Assembly (NCBI GenBank): GCA_944389435.1 | Contig: CALXMI010000052.1 | Span: 544 to 64,543 of the forward strand | Origin: an uncultured Opitutales bacterium | Lineage (GTDB): Bacteria; Verrucomicrobiota; Verrucomicrobiia; Opitutales; UBA9783 | DNA: 64,000 nt | Reading direction: 5' to 3' | In this document: in pieces, positions 19,615-29,278 of the stretch | How the letters are laid out: every line of letters begins with the position of its first letter | How positions within the stretch are numbered: the first letter of the stretch is position 1 | Notes under the pieces: model-generated | Told to the model about the DNA's origin: nothing | Databases searched by the model: none | The model's input: only the letters and a program-made list of their open reading frames with translations | Translations under genes and position numbers: made by a program

Positions 19615-20640
19615 ATGTCGCTATTTGGCAAGCTATTTTCTTTCATGTCTCACGACATTGGTATCGACCTGGGAACTGCAAATACACTTGTTTTTGCCAA
19701 AGATCGTGGGGTTGTTCTCAGTGAGCCAAGCGTTGTTGCAATCTACAACAAAACACGCAAGGTAAGAGCCGTGGGGTTGGAAGCCAAAAAAATGTTGGGA
19801 CGTACGCCCGGCAACATTACCGCCTTAAGACCCATGAAAGACGGCGTTATTGCTGACTTTGAAGTAACAGAGGCCATGCTGCGCTACTTCATCAATAAGG
19901 TTTGTCGCAATCACCGATTCGTTCCTCCTAGGGTTGTCATTGCAGTACCGTCTGGCATCACCGAAGTTGAACGTCGTGCCGTTAAGGAATCGGCTATACA
20001 TGCAGGCGCAAGAGAGGTTTTGTTGTTGCAAGAACCCATGGCAGCTGCCATTGGTGTAGGGTTACCGATTGATGAGCCTGCTGCAAGTATGATTGTAGAC
20101 ATTGGTGGAGGCACAACCGAAGTAGCCATTATTTCTTTGTCCGGTATGGTGTTCACTCGAAGCCTACGTGTAGGTGGCGATCAAATGGACATGGCGATTG
20201 CAAATCATCTGAAAAAAACGTACAATTTGTTGATCGGTGAACGGATGTCCGAAGACATCAAAATAGCGATCGGATCGGCCACTCCACTTGAGGAAGAACT
20301 TTCGATTGAGGTAAAAGGCCGCGATACGATCTCGGGGTTGCCGCGAACGGTTGTCATTTCGTCTTTAGAAATTCGCGAGGCATTAATGGACTCCATTTCA
20401 TCGATTGTTGAAGTAGTTCGACAGGCATTAGACCGTTGCCCTCCTGAATTGGCAGCTGACTTAGTTGATCGAGGTATTGTGTTAGCAGGCGGTGGTTCAC
20501 TGATTCGTAACTTGGACCGAAAGATTAGCGAAGCAACCCATTTGCCTGTCGTTGTTGCAGAGGATCCTTTACGGGCCGTTGCCAACGGAACCGGTGCTGT
20601 CCTACAAAATTTAAGCTTCTGGCTAAATGAGGAATGTTAA
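19615..20640 (+). CDS. mreB: Rod-shape protein MreB
   Basis: 'MSLFGKLFSFMSHDIGIDLGTANTLVF', 'VDIGGGTTEVAIIS'. The ATG at 19615 is preferred. Confidence 0.96.
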   Translation: MSLFGKLFSFMSHDIGIDLGTANTLVFAKDRGVVLSEPSVVAIYNKTRKVRAVGLEAKKMLGRTPGNITALRPMKDGVIADFEVTEAMLRYFINKVCRNHRFVPPRVVIAVPSGITEVERRAVKESAIHAGAREVLLLQEPMAAAIGVGLPIDEPAASMIVDIGGGTTEVAIISLSGMVFTRSLRVGGDQMDMAIANHLKKTYNLLIGERMSEDIKIAIGSATPLEEELSIEVKGRDTISGLPRTVVISSLEIREALMDSISSIVEVVRQALDRCPPELAADLVDRGIVLAGGGSLIRNLDRKISEATHLPVVVAEDPLRAVANGTGAVLQNLSFWLNEEC

Positions 20641-21459
20641 TTGGTTCATAAAAAGCATGCATCTTTTTGGGCCTATTCTATCCTTCTGTTTGTACTTTGG
20701 CTATTTGTTTTTCCATTAACCGTCAGAGAGCGCATTCGGGATACGTTTTTTTCGGCCCAAGTCGTTATTTTCAATTTGTTGCCCAATCTTTCCAATCTTC
20801 AGCAAGAAATTGCCTTACGCACCTACCCCAAAGATTGGTGGATAAAAAGGACGCAGGAACTCCTTCGTGAAAATGCTTACTTAAAGCTTCAGCTGCAGGA
20901 ACATAGGGACGTTCACGATTTTGCAAACCGAATTCTGAAGCTGAATCAAATTCAATTAGGCGAGGATTTTCGCGGCATATGTGCGCGTGTTATCTTTAGA
21001 GCTTATGAAACTTGGAATCAAACCCTTGTTATCGATAAAGGCACGCAAGACGGCATAAGTGTAGGCCAAGGTGTTATCTGTACAGGCGGCATCGTAGGGC
21101 GTATTTCTCACGTAAAAAATCATCTGGCTTTTGTGGAATTGGCCACATCGCCTCAATTCCGCATGTTTGTCCATCTGGAAAAAGATACGCAACCGCATTT
21201 ATTAAAGGGTGTTGCTAACGTTAGAGGCGGTTTTAAAGGTAAAGCCCATTTACTAGACATCGTCAGCGATAATCCAGGAGATTATCCCTGCCGTATTGAA
21301 ACAAGTAGCCTTGGCCATCAGTTCCCTGATCATATTTATGTCGGCCAGCTAAAAAAGTTGAAAAAAAAACATGGTCAATCTTATGGCGTTGTAACTCTTG
21401 GCAACTATTTTCATGATTTGCGTGAAGTAACCGTTCTCATTCCCAACACGCTGCTATGA
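20641..21459 (+). CDS. mreC: Rod-shape protein MreC
   Basis: 272 aa. N-terminal TM, a coiled-coil segment, 'GQGVICTGGIVGRISHV', and position directly after mreB. Confidence 0.85.
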   Translation: MVHKKHASFWAYSILLFVLWLFVFPLTVRERIRDTFFSAQVVIFNLLPNLSNLQQEIALRTYPKDWWIKRTQELLRENAYLKLQLQEHRDVHDFANRILKLNQIQLGEDFRGICARVIFRAYETWNQTLVIDKGTQDGISVGQGVICTGGIVGRISHVKNHLAFVELATSPQFRMFVHLEKDTQPHLLKGVANVRGGFKGKAHLLDIVSDNPGDYPCRIETSSLGHQFPDHIYVGQLKKLKKKHGQSYGVVTLGNYFHDLREVTVLIPNTLL

Positions 21460-21932
21460 AGTATTTTCTCCGTTTTTTTTATTTTCTGACCCTTAACTGT
21501 GCCTTTTCCATCCTAACCTTATGGGCAGGAAGCGCCCTAAACCTCCATGTTTACCTAGGCGGTTTTTGGGTGTTTTTGTCAGTTTGTTTGTTGCCTAAAT
21601 TTGAAGGCCTCTGGAGCGTTTTTTTCTTATGCCTGCTTTCAGAAGCATTATATGTACAGTCGTTTTTTGGTATCGTCTCCTGTTGCTTGGCCAGTTCCGT
21701 CTTATTCTTTTCAAAAGAAATTTGGAAGAACATCTGCATCTGTCGATTAAGATTAAGTTGCTTCCTGTTCTCGCTTATGGGACATATCCTATTTCTTCTC
21801 TTCCACCTTGGATTACAGTCTGGTTTTACAAAAAAATTATTGTATTATCTGCCATCGGTGCTCGTGTTAAATGTCCTACTAGCCTTTATCGTACCCTATT
21901 GGCTTAAATTCCAACGTCGGTATTTTGTATGA
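21456..21932 (+). CDS. mreD: Rod-shape protein MreD (by position and topology)
   Basis: 158 aa polytopic membrane protein overlapping the mreC stop by 4 nt. Confidence 0.6.
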   Translation: MKYFLRFFYFLTLNCAFSILTLWAGSALNLHVYLGGFWVFLSVCLLPKFEGLWSVFFLCLLSEALYVQSFFGIVSCCLASSVLFFSKEIWKNICICRLRLSCFLFSLMGHILFLLFHLGLQSGFTKKLLYYLPSVLVLNVLLAFIVPYWLKFQRRYFV

Positions 21933-22759
21933 ACTTAGAAAAGTATCAAGCCTTAGGAAATGATTATTGGGTATACGATCCCAGCTTTAATACAGAGCCT
22001 TTAACCCTTGAAACCGTTCGAGCGCTTTGCAATCGGCACTATGGCCTAGGTGGCGACGGCGTCCTGGTAGGCCCCAAAAGTATTTTTGGCGGTGCCTTTT
22101 CCGTGGAAATTTTCAATGCCGATGGTACGCTTGCCGAAATAAGTGGCAATGGTTTAACGATTTTTTCAAAATATTTGTATAACAAGCATTACGTTAACCT
22201 AGACGAAGACTTTCAAATCATACCATCGGCTTTACGTAAAGTACATGCGGTTTGTTTTCAAAAGGGGACTACCATAGCCTCCAAAATTACGTTTGCTAAC
22301 GGCACCTGTTTAGAAACGATTCCGTATAACGTTCCAAAAGATCTGCAAGAGACGCTCGGCCTACCCAAACAGCTGTTGTTGTATAAAGTGGATATGGGTA
22401 ATCCTCACTGCGTTGTTCCCGTCCATCAACCCACATCTGAGTTAGCGTGCCTGTTAGGGCCCATCTTAGAAAAGCATCCTAGCTTTCCTCAAAAAACAAA
22501 CGTGCAGTTTGTTCAATGGGACGCTTATCTTCCTAAAGCTTCGATAGAAATCTTTGAACGTGGCTCTGGGTACACGCTCGCATCCGGCTCAAGCGCTTGT
22601 GCCGTTGCATGCGTCTATGGCCATTTATTTCAACAGGAAACTTACAGCTTGGAAGTTCATATGCCTGGCGGTACGTTAAACGTTTGCTGCAACCAATCCA
22701 TCATCTCTTTTACAAACATGGCTACACATATTGCATCCGTAAAGATTGTGTCATGGTAA
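21929..22759 (+). CDS. dapF: Diaminopimelate-epimerase homolog with Ser at both catalytic Cys positions
   Basis: 276 aa. 'ALGNDYWVYD', 'FNADGTLAEISGNG', 'MGNPHCVV', 'ERGSGYTLASGSSACAVA'. Codon 72 is AGT (22142-22144) and codon 219 is TCC (22583-22585). E. coli DapF has Cys73 and Cys217 at these positions. Confidence 0.85.
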   Translation: MNLEKYQALGNDYWVYDPSFNTEPLTLETVRALCNRHYGLGGDGVLVGPKSIFGGAFSVEIFNADGTLAEISGNGLTIFSKYLYNKHYVNLDEDFQIIPSALRKVHAVCFQKGTTIASKITFANGTCLETIPYNVPKDLQETLGLPKQLLLYKVDMGNPHCVVPVHQPTSELACLLGPILEKHPSFPQKTNVQFVQWDAYLPKASIEIFERGSGYTLASGSSACAVACVYGHLFQQETYSLEVHMPGGTLNVCCNQSIISFTNMATHIASVKIVSW

Positions 22760-22841
22760 GTAAAGCCTTGGTTGACTAGCTAGCTTAATTCTTATGTTTT
22801 TTAGATTGTCGTTTATTCATATTTTTTATTGAATACAAATT

Positions 22842-23378
22842 ATGAGCGTTGAATGTTTTGTATATCTATTAAGTGGGTTGTTAACGACTTGTGGCCTTCT
22901 TGCGTTTTTTGTCCAAAAAAACCATCAGGATGCCGTTTATCGGTTCCTACGAAAAGACAGTTACGGCCTTATTTTTTTTGCCATTGCATCCATCTGGTTT
23001 ATATGGAAATTGGCCCACTTAGGCGAAGCTGATTTTGGACAATACAAGCAGTGGTTGATCGGCATCTTTTTGTTTGTTTTCATTGGGTGTAGCATTTATT
23101 GGCGCGATTTTTTAATTGTCCGTGCCTTAGCCATGCTATACATGATGCTTGCGGATGTCATGCTAGATATTGGATATATGAGCGACCGCCTCATTCATCC
23201 CTTGACTTCTGCGTTGATTTACATCGGCATTATCATTGCGTTGTTTTTTGGGACCTATCCATATTGGGCGCGAGATGTTTTACCTTATTTGTTTGCAAAA
23301 AAATGCCGTCTTATAAAGATAGCAGGCTGTATTTCGGTATTATATAGCGGCATTCTTTTATGGTTTATTCGGAAGTGA
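22842..23378 (+). CDS. Polytopic membrane protein, unknown function
   Basis: 178 aa with 5-6 hydrophobic segments. No motif recognised. Confidence 0.65.
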   Translation: MSVECFVYLLSGLLTTCGLLAFFVQKNHQDAVYRFLRKDSYGLIFFAIASIWFIWKLAHLGEADFGQYKQWLIGIFLFVFIGCSIYWRDFLIVRALAMLYMMLADVMLDIGYMSDRLIHPLTSALIYIGIIIALFFGTYPYWARDVLPYLFAKKCRLIKIAGCISVLYSGILLWFIRK

Positions 23379-23956
23379 AAAACTTTTTAATGGTATTAAC
23401 AGGACCTTCTGGAAGCGGTAAAACAACGCTATGTAGCCGCCTGTTGGAACATTTTAAGAACACACAGCGCGTTATTACAACCACAACGCGCTTGCCTCGT
23501 CCAGGGGAAATCGACGGTGTGGATTATCATTTTGAAACGCCAGAAAATTTTGAAAAACGATTAGAAAACGAAGAATTTTTTGAATACGCCAAGGTCTATG
23601 ATCGCTATTATGGTGTTTCAAAAAAAGCTATTTTGGATGAAGGCCTTGCCGGACGAGATCTGGTTATTTGTTTGGATGTTCAAGGTGCCCAAACGTTAAA
23701 AGCAAAGTTTTGTGTGTCTACAAATGCGCGTAAATTAATAACGATCTTTGTCTGTCCGGCAAGTTTGGATGAATTAAAACATCGCTTGATTACACGCGGA
23801 ACCGACGATGCAGAGACGATCCAAAAACGCCTTCAAATGGCTGAAAAGGAGTTGCGTACTTTGTCTCAATTCGATTATCATCTGTGTAGTCAAGACAAAG
23901 AGCACGACTGGCTTTGCTTGCAGCACATTTATTTTGCAGAGAAAATCCATATTTAA
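23360..23956 (+). CDS. gmk: Guanylate kinase
   Basis: 'LTGPSGSGKTTL', 'VDYHF', 'FEYAKVYDRYYG'. The start is uncertain (ATG at 23360 or ATG at 23390). Confidence 0.9.
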   Translation: MVYSEVKNFLMVLTGPSGSGKTTLCSRLLEHFKNTQRVITTTTRLPRPGEIDGVDYHFETPENFEKRLENEEFFEYAKVYDRYYGVSKKAILDEGLAGRDLVICLDVQGAQTLKAKFCVSTNARKLITIFVCPASLDELKHRLITRGTDDAETIQKRLQMAEKELRTLSQFDYHLCSQDKEHDWLCLQHIYFAEKIHI

Positions 23957-24366
23957 GCAATGTTTTCAAGATAAACCTCCTTGGATTGTTCCGCAGCAGG
24001 GATTCCCAGTTGCGATAGATTAAAAAATGCGAGTCCCATTTGTCCAAGATTGGAATCTCGAGAACAGGTCAAAATAACTTTGCCATCCTCTTTGAATAAG
24101 CAACGACCTTGCAAATCTTGAGAAATGGAAATGAGCGAATTTGAACTGGTTCTGAATTCACCCAGTAAAGGATTGTTATTGATAGATTCCAATAAATCTG
24201 CTTTCAGGCGGTAAACAGTTGACTGCGCACACCCTTTTCTTGACAGGTGTTGCATAATTGCTTTAAAATTAATGACGCCGTGTTCATTGTTTCTGATCTT
24301 GCTTAGCGTTTGATCGAGCAGTGAACTACCGATGCTTGATAAACCACTGATAATTAAAGGATGCAT
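23953..24366 (-). CDS. Small putative winged-HTH DNA-binding protein (hypothetical)
   Basis: 137 aa. HTH-like 'INFKAIMQHLSRKGCAQSTVYRLKADLLE'. Its stop overlaps the gmk stop (ttaa). A repeat-rich AT region lies upstream. Confidence 0.6.
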   Translation of the reverse strand: MHPLIISGLSSIGSSLLDQTLSKIRNNEHGVINFKAIMQHLSRKGCAQSTVYRLKADLLESINNNPLLGEFRTSSNSLISISQDLQGRCLFKEDGKVILTCSRDSNLGQMGLAFFNLSQLGIPAAEQSKEVYLENIA

Positions 24367-24461
24367 GCCCTATTAGAAGCAAAATTCATGCCAATTTTTT
24401 GTTTCACCTCTATTAGTTGAAAAAATAACAAATATGCTCAAAATTTTTCAAAAATTAAAAA

Positions 24462-24509
24462 TTTTGGCATCAAAATTGACTTTTGGCATCAAAATTGACT
24501 TTTTGCATC
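24462..24509. repeat. Tandem direct repeat, 19-bp unit x2 plus a partial third copy
   Basis: 'ttttggcatcaaaattgac' at 24462-24480 and, identical, at 24481-24499, then 'tttttgcatc' at 24500-24509. Confidence 0.9.
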
Positions 24510-24532
24510 TTAATTTTTACATCCACCCATAT

Positions 24533-24562
24533 GGAAAAATTTTCCTACTTGAAAAATTTTCC
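24533..24562. promoter_or_regulatory. Two copies of the near-palindromic 'GAAAAATTTTCC' spaced 17 bp apart
   Basis: Copies at 24534-24545 and 24551-24562, in the AT-rich region between cysS (3' end) and the HTH gene (5' end). Confidence 0.5.
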
Positions 24563-24783
24563 ATATCCATCTCCTTGAAGAAAATAAGACTGAGCCTACA
24601 TTTTAAAGCAAAATTTCGACTTAAGCATACCTAGGATACAGATAAAATCACCAAAAATGTGTTCATTTTTTATAAGCATCTCTCGACAAAGATTTTCTTG
24701 CTCGATTTTTCAGGATTTTACACAAACAAATGGCCTTCTCCTGCGTACAAAGGCACTTTATCACCGTAACAAAAACGAACAAG

Positions 24784-26214
24784 CTACAAAGGCAAAACCT
24801 TGTAAGAATCCTTCGAATCTAGAATCTTCCAACCTGACTCTTCCAGAATCTTACGAATATCATCAGCAGCCTTAAAATCACGTGCCAACTTTGCCTGCCA
24901 ACGTTGCTCTGCCATACGCCGTACCGGTAAAGGAACATGAACCTCTTCCTCTTGCAGCGCTTCATTAAGATCAATGCCTAAGGCATAAAGACAGGCAGCC
25001 CATTCTTTCAAAAGCAAGGGAAACATAGGAACTTCAACAGTTGGCATTTTTCGAATAAACAAGAACAAACAACCTAAGGCTTTTGGTGTATTTAGATCCT
25101 CGCAAAGGGCCTCAAAAAAAGCTTTTAAAAATCGACATTCTTTCGGCAACACAATTGTAGTCTGCAGCGATTTTAACTGTTCAAGTGAAACATTGCACAT
25201 TTGCGCCAACTTTTGAGAGAAAGCGTGAATTTTCTGTAAGGCCACTTGGGAGGCTTTCAACAGATCGAACGTAAAATTGAGAGGCTGGCGATAATGCCCA
25301 GCCAACAAAGCGTATCGAACGGCCGACGGAGTGTACTGCCTGTCTTGCAACATATCCAAGGTCAGTAAATTGCCTAAGCTTTTTGACATTTTTTGCCCTT
25401 CAACCTTTAAGTGGGCAATATGCATCCAATGCCGAACAAAAGGGCCTCCGTAAGCAGCTTCCGATTGCGCAATTTCATTTTCATGATGCGGAAAGCACAA
25501 ATCCACACCACCCGTGTGTAAATCAACCGTTTTTCCTAGGTATTCATGCGACATTGCACTGCATTCAATGTGCCACCCGGGACGACCTTTTCCCCAAGGA
25601 CTATTCCAAAAAATATCACCATCTTCGGGCTTATAAGCTTTCCACAAAACAAAATCGGCCACCTGATCTCTATCATATTCGTCAGCATCATTGGATCGTC
25701 CGGCACTATTGGTTGATTGTGTTTCAAGCTTACGCGCATCCAAATGCGATAAACGGCCGTAATCTTTAAAAGAAGAAACCTTAAAGTATACCGACCCTCC
25801 TCGTTCGTAAGCATGGCCCTTTTGGATGAGAATTTTTATCAAATCTTGTTGGGCTTCAATAGTAGCCGTTGCTCGAGGCTCTACCGTAGGAGGTAATAGA
25901 TTTAAACGGTCGCAATCTTTTTGAAAAACCTCAATCCAATGTTGTGTATAATCCGACAAGGCCTTTTGTGCGTCACGTGCGCCTCGAATGGTTTTATCAT
26001 CCACATCGGTCAAATTTCTAACGTAACAGACATCGTTCGACAACAACTTTAATAAACGCAGGACGGAATCTTGTATAACATACGTGCGGAAATTCCCGAC
26101 ATGGGCTGGTCCATAGACAGTGGGCCCACAACAATAAACGCCTAACTTTCGATCTTTGGGTTGTTGAATCTCTTCGTAAGCACGCGTATAGGTATTGTAT
26201 AGCCTTAACCTCAT
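24784..26214 (-). CDS. cysS: Cysteine--tRNA ligase
   Basis: 'CGPTVYGPAHVGNFRTY' (HIGH) and 'KMSKSLGN'. The ATG at 26214 lies 2 nt after the upstream gene's stop; the track start at 26220 is TTG. Confidence 0.95.
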   Translation of the reverse strand: MRLRLYNTYTRAYEEIQQPKDRKLGVYCCGPTVYGPAHVGNFRTYVIQDSVLRLLKLLSNDVCYVRNLTDVDDKTIRGARDAQKALSDYTQHWIEVFQKDCDRLNLLPPTVEPRATATIEAQQDLIKILIQKGHAYERGGSVYFKVSSFKDYGRLSHLDARKLETQSTNSAGRSNDADEYDRDQVADFVLWKAYKPEDGDIFWNSPWGKGRPGWHIECSAMSHEYLGKTVDLHTGGVDLCFPHHENEIAQSEAAYGGPFVRHWMHIAHLKVEGQKMSKSLGNLLTLDMLQDRQYTPSAVRYALLAGHYRQPLNFTFDLLKASQVALQKIHAFSQKLAQMCNVSLEQLKSLQTTIVLPKECRFLKAFFEALCEDLNTPKALGCLFLFIRKMPTVEVPMFPLLLKEWAACLYALGIDLNEALQEEEVHVPLPVRRMAEQRWQAKLARDFKAADDIRKILEESGWKILDSKDSYKVLPL

Positions 26215-26216
26215 TT

Positions 26217-26693
26217 TCAAATACGTAACATAGGATTAAGATTGGTGTCAACCCTTAACGCTTGTTCCATTACAGTACCATTGTTTTGTGTAAATTCAAG
26301 ATAGATTTTCTGTACATTTCGGACCGCGGCAATAAAGAGGTCGAAGGCTTTTATAAATTTATACTCGTCCAAATCCTCTATGAGAAACCTTCGGTACAGG
26401 AGTATTCGTTGCGAATCATCTTCAAGGGCCAATGTACTTCCGTAAGTCTTATGTCCCCAAAGATTTAACCTCAGAAAAAACTCTAATGATTTCTTTATGT
26501 CCGTCGAATCCGTTAAAGTCACAATAGGCGCACAAAAATAAACATAGGCGCTTGCCTCCGGCACATTAACAACATATTCTTGGTCATCGCTATCACGTGC
26601 TGCAAACGTTCCATTCGGATTTAAATGGAAAATCTTACCGCCCGTAAGCCCATATTGACGAACCCAAACATTAACTTGTTCTTTTGTTGTCAT
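26217..26693 (-). CDS. CesT/SycE/YbjN-superfamily (type III secretion chaperone-like fold) protein
   Basis: 158 aa. The pattern '...AYVYFCAPIVTL...FFLRLNLWGHKTYGSTLALEDDSQRILLYRRFLIEDLDEYKFIKAFDLFIAAV' matches the class I chaperone / YbjN layout. Its ATG overlaps the clpC TGA (ATGA at 26690-26693). Confidence 0.6.
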   Translation of the reverse strand: MTTKEQVNVWVRQYGLTGGKIFHLNPNGTFAARDSDDQEYVVNVPEASAYVYFCAPIVTLTDSTDIKKSLEFFLRLNLWGHKTYGSTLALEDDSQRILLYRRFLIEDLDEYKFIKAFDLFIAAVRNVQKIYLEFTQNNGTVMEQALRVDTNLNPMLRI

Positions 26694-29278
26694 TTTACAG
26701 ACACCTCTTTACAATGTAGTTGCTTTTTTGAAGTTGCCTGTTTCTTTTTAGATTTCTCGCTTGAACTTGAAAAACGTAATAGATTGTTATCTAACGAAAA
26801 AGTCACCCGTTGCCCTGATTTTATTTTACCTTCCAATAAGCCGTCTGCCAACGCATCTTCGACGTGCCGTTCGATGGTACGCCTAAGTGGCCGTGCTCCC
26901 ATTTTAGCATCAAACCCTTTATCAACAAGAAATTTTTTAGCTTCCCGATCCAAACAAAGTTCAACTTTGTTCTCAGCAAGACGTTCCCGTAACTTATCCA
27001 GCTCAAGGTCAACAATAGCCAGCATATGCTCTCGCGTCAAAGGCCTAAAGATAATAGTCTCGTCGATACGGTTCAAAAACTCGGGCTGAAACGCCGATTT
27101 TAACGCCTCTTGAACATTCGACTGTATCTGCTCAAATCTTGCCGTTTGTGAGGGTATACCAAATCCTAAACCTGTATCTTTTTGCAACGCTTGAGCCCCC
27201 ACATTGGAAGTCATAACAATGATAGTGTTCTTGAAATCAACACGACGCCCCAATGCATCCGTCAGATGGCCTTCTTCCAAAACCTGCAAAAGAATTTGAA
27301 TAACATCCGGATGCGCTTTTTCTATCTCGTCAAAAAGCACAATTGAGTAAGGCTTTCTACGAACAGCTTCTGTCAACTGCCCACCGTCTTCATGGCCAAC
27401 ATAACCCGGAGGCGAACCAATCAGCCTTGCGACCGTATGCTTTTCCATGTATTCAGACATATCCAGTTGAACAATGGCTTCCGGACGTCCAAAAATCTGC
27501 TCTGCCAAAATCTTAATGAGATACGTTTTTCCAACACCCGTAGGCCCTAAGAACATGAAAGAACCTATCGGTCGCTGGGGATCGCGAAGGTTGGCACAAG
27601 ATCGTTTTAAGGCCCTGGTAAGCGACGAAATGGCTTCTTGTTGGCCCACCACACGTTCTTCTAAAATCTTGTCCAAATTCAAAAATTGTTGCAACTTATG
27701 CGTGCGCATGCGTTCAATAGGAACACCGGTCCAATCAAAAACAATATGCTGCAAGGTTTCTTCCTTTACTAGAATCTTTTTTGTTTTTGAATTTCTCTTC
27801 CAATTTTCTAACAATTGGCTCCGTTCAGCAATCAACGTCTGCTCTTTATCGCGCCAACGAGCCGCTTCTTCAAATTTTTGATCGTTTATGGCTGTAAATT
27901 TTTTCTGATTTATAGCCTGAATAGCTTGATCTAAGGTTTCTGTCGAAGGCGCTAACATCGCACCCATGATCTTGGTTCGAGCACCCGCTTCATCCAGTAA
28001 ATCAATCGCCTTATCAGGGAAAACGCGATCGGTAACGTAACGCTGCGCAAGACCAACGGACTGCTCTAAAATAGCATCCGAATAGCGAACATTATGGAAA
28101 TCCTCGTAATGCGACTTAATACCTTCTAAAATCTTTAGAGTGTCTTCTGTAGAAGTTGGCTCGACTAAAATGGCTTGAAATCGACGATTTAAGGCCATAT
28201 CCTTCTCAATATAGCGTCGATACTCATCCAATGTGGTTGCGCCAATACACTGCAGTTGTCCACGAGCTAACACCGGTTTTAGTATGTTAGAAGCATCCAT
28301 GGAACCTTCCGCCGAACCCGCTCCCACGATGGTATGAAGTTCATCCAAAAACAGAATAATATTCGAACCTTTAACTTCGTCCATGAGGTTCTTCAAACGT
28401 TCTTCAAATTGTCCACGATACTTCGTGCCCGATAACAGAAGGGCCAAATCCAAGTTGTATATCGACTTATTAACCAATTCTGCAGGTACTTTTCCTGCGA
28501 CTATATGCTGAGCCAATCCCTCAACCACAGCCGTTTTACCAACACCAGCTTCTCCAATCAGCACCGGATTATTCTTGGTTCGGCGGCACAGGACCTGTAT
28601 CAAACGTTGAATCTCTTTCTCACGCCCAATAACAGGATCAAGCTCTTTATTTCTTGCTTTTTGCGTCAAATCCAAACCGAAATTCTTTAAAATAGAAGGT
28701 TTCGTTTTGCTTGTCCCTAACGAAAAAAACGAATCGTCGTTATCAAAATCGTCGTCTATCGAATCGTCATCGTTATACAAATCCTCATCGTCGTCATCGT
28801 CATTTTTATTGGGCATCATTTCGGCCAAAATTTCATGCTTACAGGTCTGAGGGTCAATATCAAGCACCTTCAAAATTCGAGCCCCTAACCCCTTGCCTTC
28901 TTCCAATAAACCTAACAAGAGATGTTCGGTCCCAATGTAAGTGTGCTGAAAATCTTTAGATATCTTCTCTGCAAATTTAAAAACTTTCTGTACGCGTGGC
29001 GTAACTGGAACGTCGGTTGAATTTTTTGATATTTTTTCAACGCAAGCGTAATCCACCTCCTCGGTTTTTCCAGACGCAACATGTTGCAACAACGTATCGT
29101 GAATGGTGTCAATATCCAAGCCAATCTTTTGAAGAACCCGAACGGCAATACTCTGCTTGAGCTCTAAAAGCCCTAACAATAAATGTTCGGTCCCTAAGCA
29201 CTTATGTTGAAACTTCAAAACAAATTTTTTGGCTAAAACAAAAACTTGCTGTGCCTTGGGTGTTAAATTATGAAACAT
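26690..29278 (-). CDS. clpC: ATP-dependent Clp protease ATP-binding subunit ClpC
   Basis: 862 aa. Two Clp-N repeats ('[10 protein letters not shown]' x2), Walker A '[15 protein letters not shown]' and '[15 protein letters not shown]', Walker B 'ILFLDELH' and '[11 protein letters not shown]', UVR-like '[12 protein letters not shown]', and a ClpP-loop candidate 'GLGFG'. Confidence 0.95.
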   Translation of the reverse strand: MFHNLTPKAQQVFVLAKKFVLKFQHKCLGTEHLLLGLLELKQSIAVRVLQKIGLDIDTIHDTLLQHVASGKTEEVDYACVEKISKNSTDVPVTPRVQKVFKFAEKISKDFQHTYIGTEHLLLGLLEEGKGLGARILKVLDIDPQTCKHEILAEMMPNKNDDDDDEDLYNDDDSIDDDFDNDDSFFSLGTSKTKPSILKNFGLDLTQKARNKELDPVIGREKEIQRLIQVLCRRTKNNPVLIGEAGVGKTAVVEGLAQHIVAGKVPAELVNKSIYNLDLALLLSGTKYRGQFEERLKNLMDEVKGSNIILFLDELHTIVGAGSAEGSMDASNILKPVLARGQLQCIGATTLDEYRRYIEKDMALNRRFQAILVEPTSTEDTLKILEGIKSHYEDFHNVRYSDAILEQSVGLAQRYVTDRVFPDKAIDLLDEAGARTKIMGAMLAPSTETLDQAIQAINQKKFTAINDQKFEEAARWRDKEQTLIAERSQLLENWKRNSKTKKILVKEETLQHIVFDWTGVPIERMRTHKLQQFLNLDKILEERVVGQQEAISSLTRALKRSCANLRDPQRPIGSFMFLGPTGVGKTYLIKILAEQIFGRPEAIVQLDMSEYMEKHTVARLIGSPPGYVGHEDGGQLTEAVRRKPYSIVLFDEIEKAHPDVIQILLQVLEEGHLTDALGRRVDFKNTIIVMTSNVGAQALQKDTGLGFGIPSQTARFEQIQSNVQEALKSAFQPEFLNRIDETIIFRPLTREHMLAIVDLELDKLRERLAENKVELCLDREAKKFLVDKGFDAKMGARPLRRTIERHVEDALADGLLEGKIKSGQRVTFSLDNNLLRFSSSSEKSKKKQATSKKQLHCKEVSVK

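Noticed and set aside
24462-24509. Possible CRISPR array
   Set aside because: The repeats are directly tandem with no spacers, there are only about 2.5 copies of 19 bp, and no cas genes are present. I treat them as an operator- or iteron-like repeat instead.
26217-26693. Using the CesT-like gene as proof of a type III secretion system
   Set aside because: No other T3SS component is in the window, and the YbjN family shares the fold in bacteria without a T3SS. It is reported only as a hint.
26625-27089. 154-aa + strand ORF
   Set aside because: It is antisense to the clpC 3' end and the CesT-like gene, is Ser/Arg-rich and low-complexity, and is a shadow ORF.
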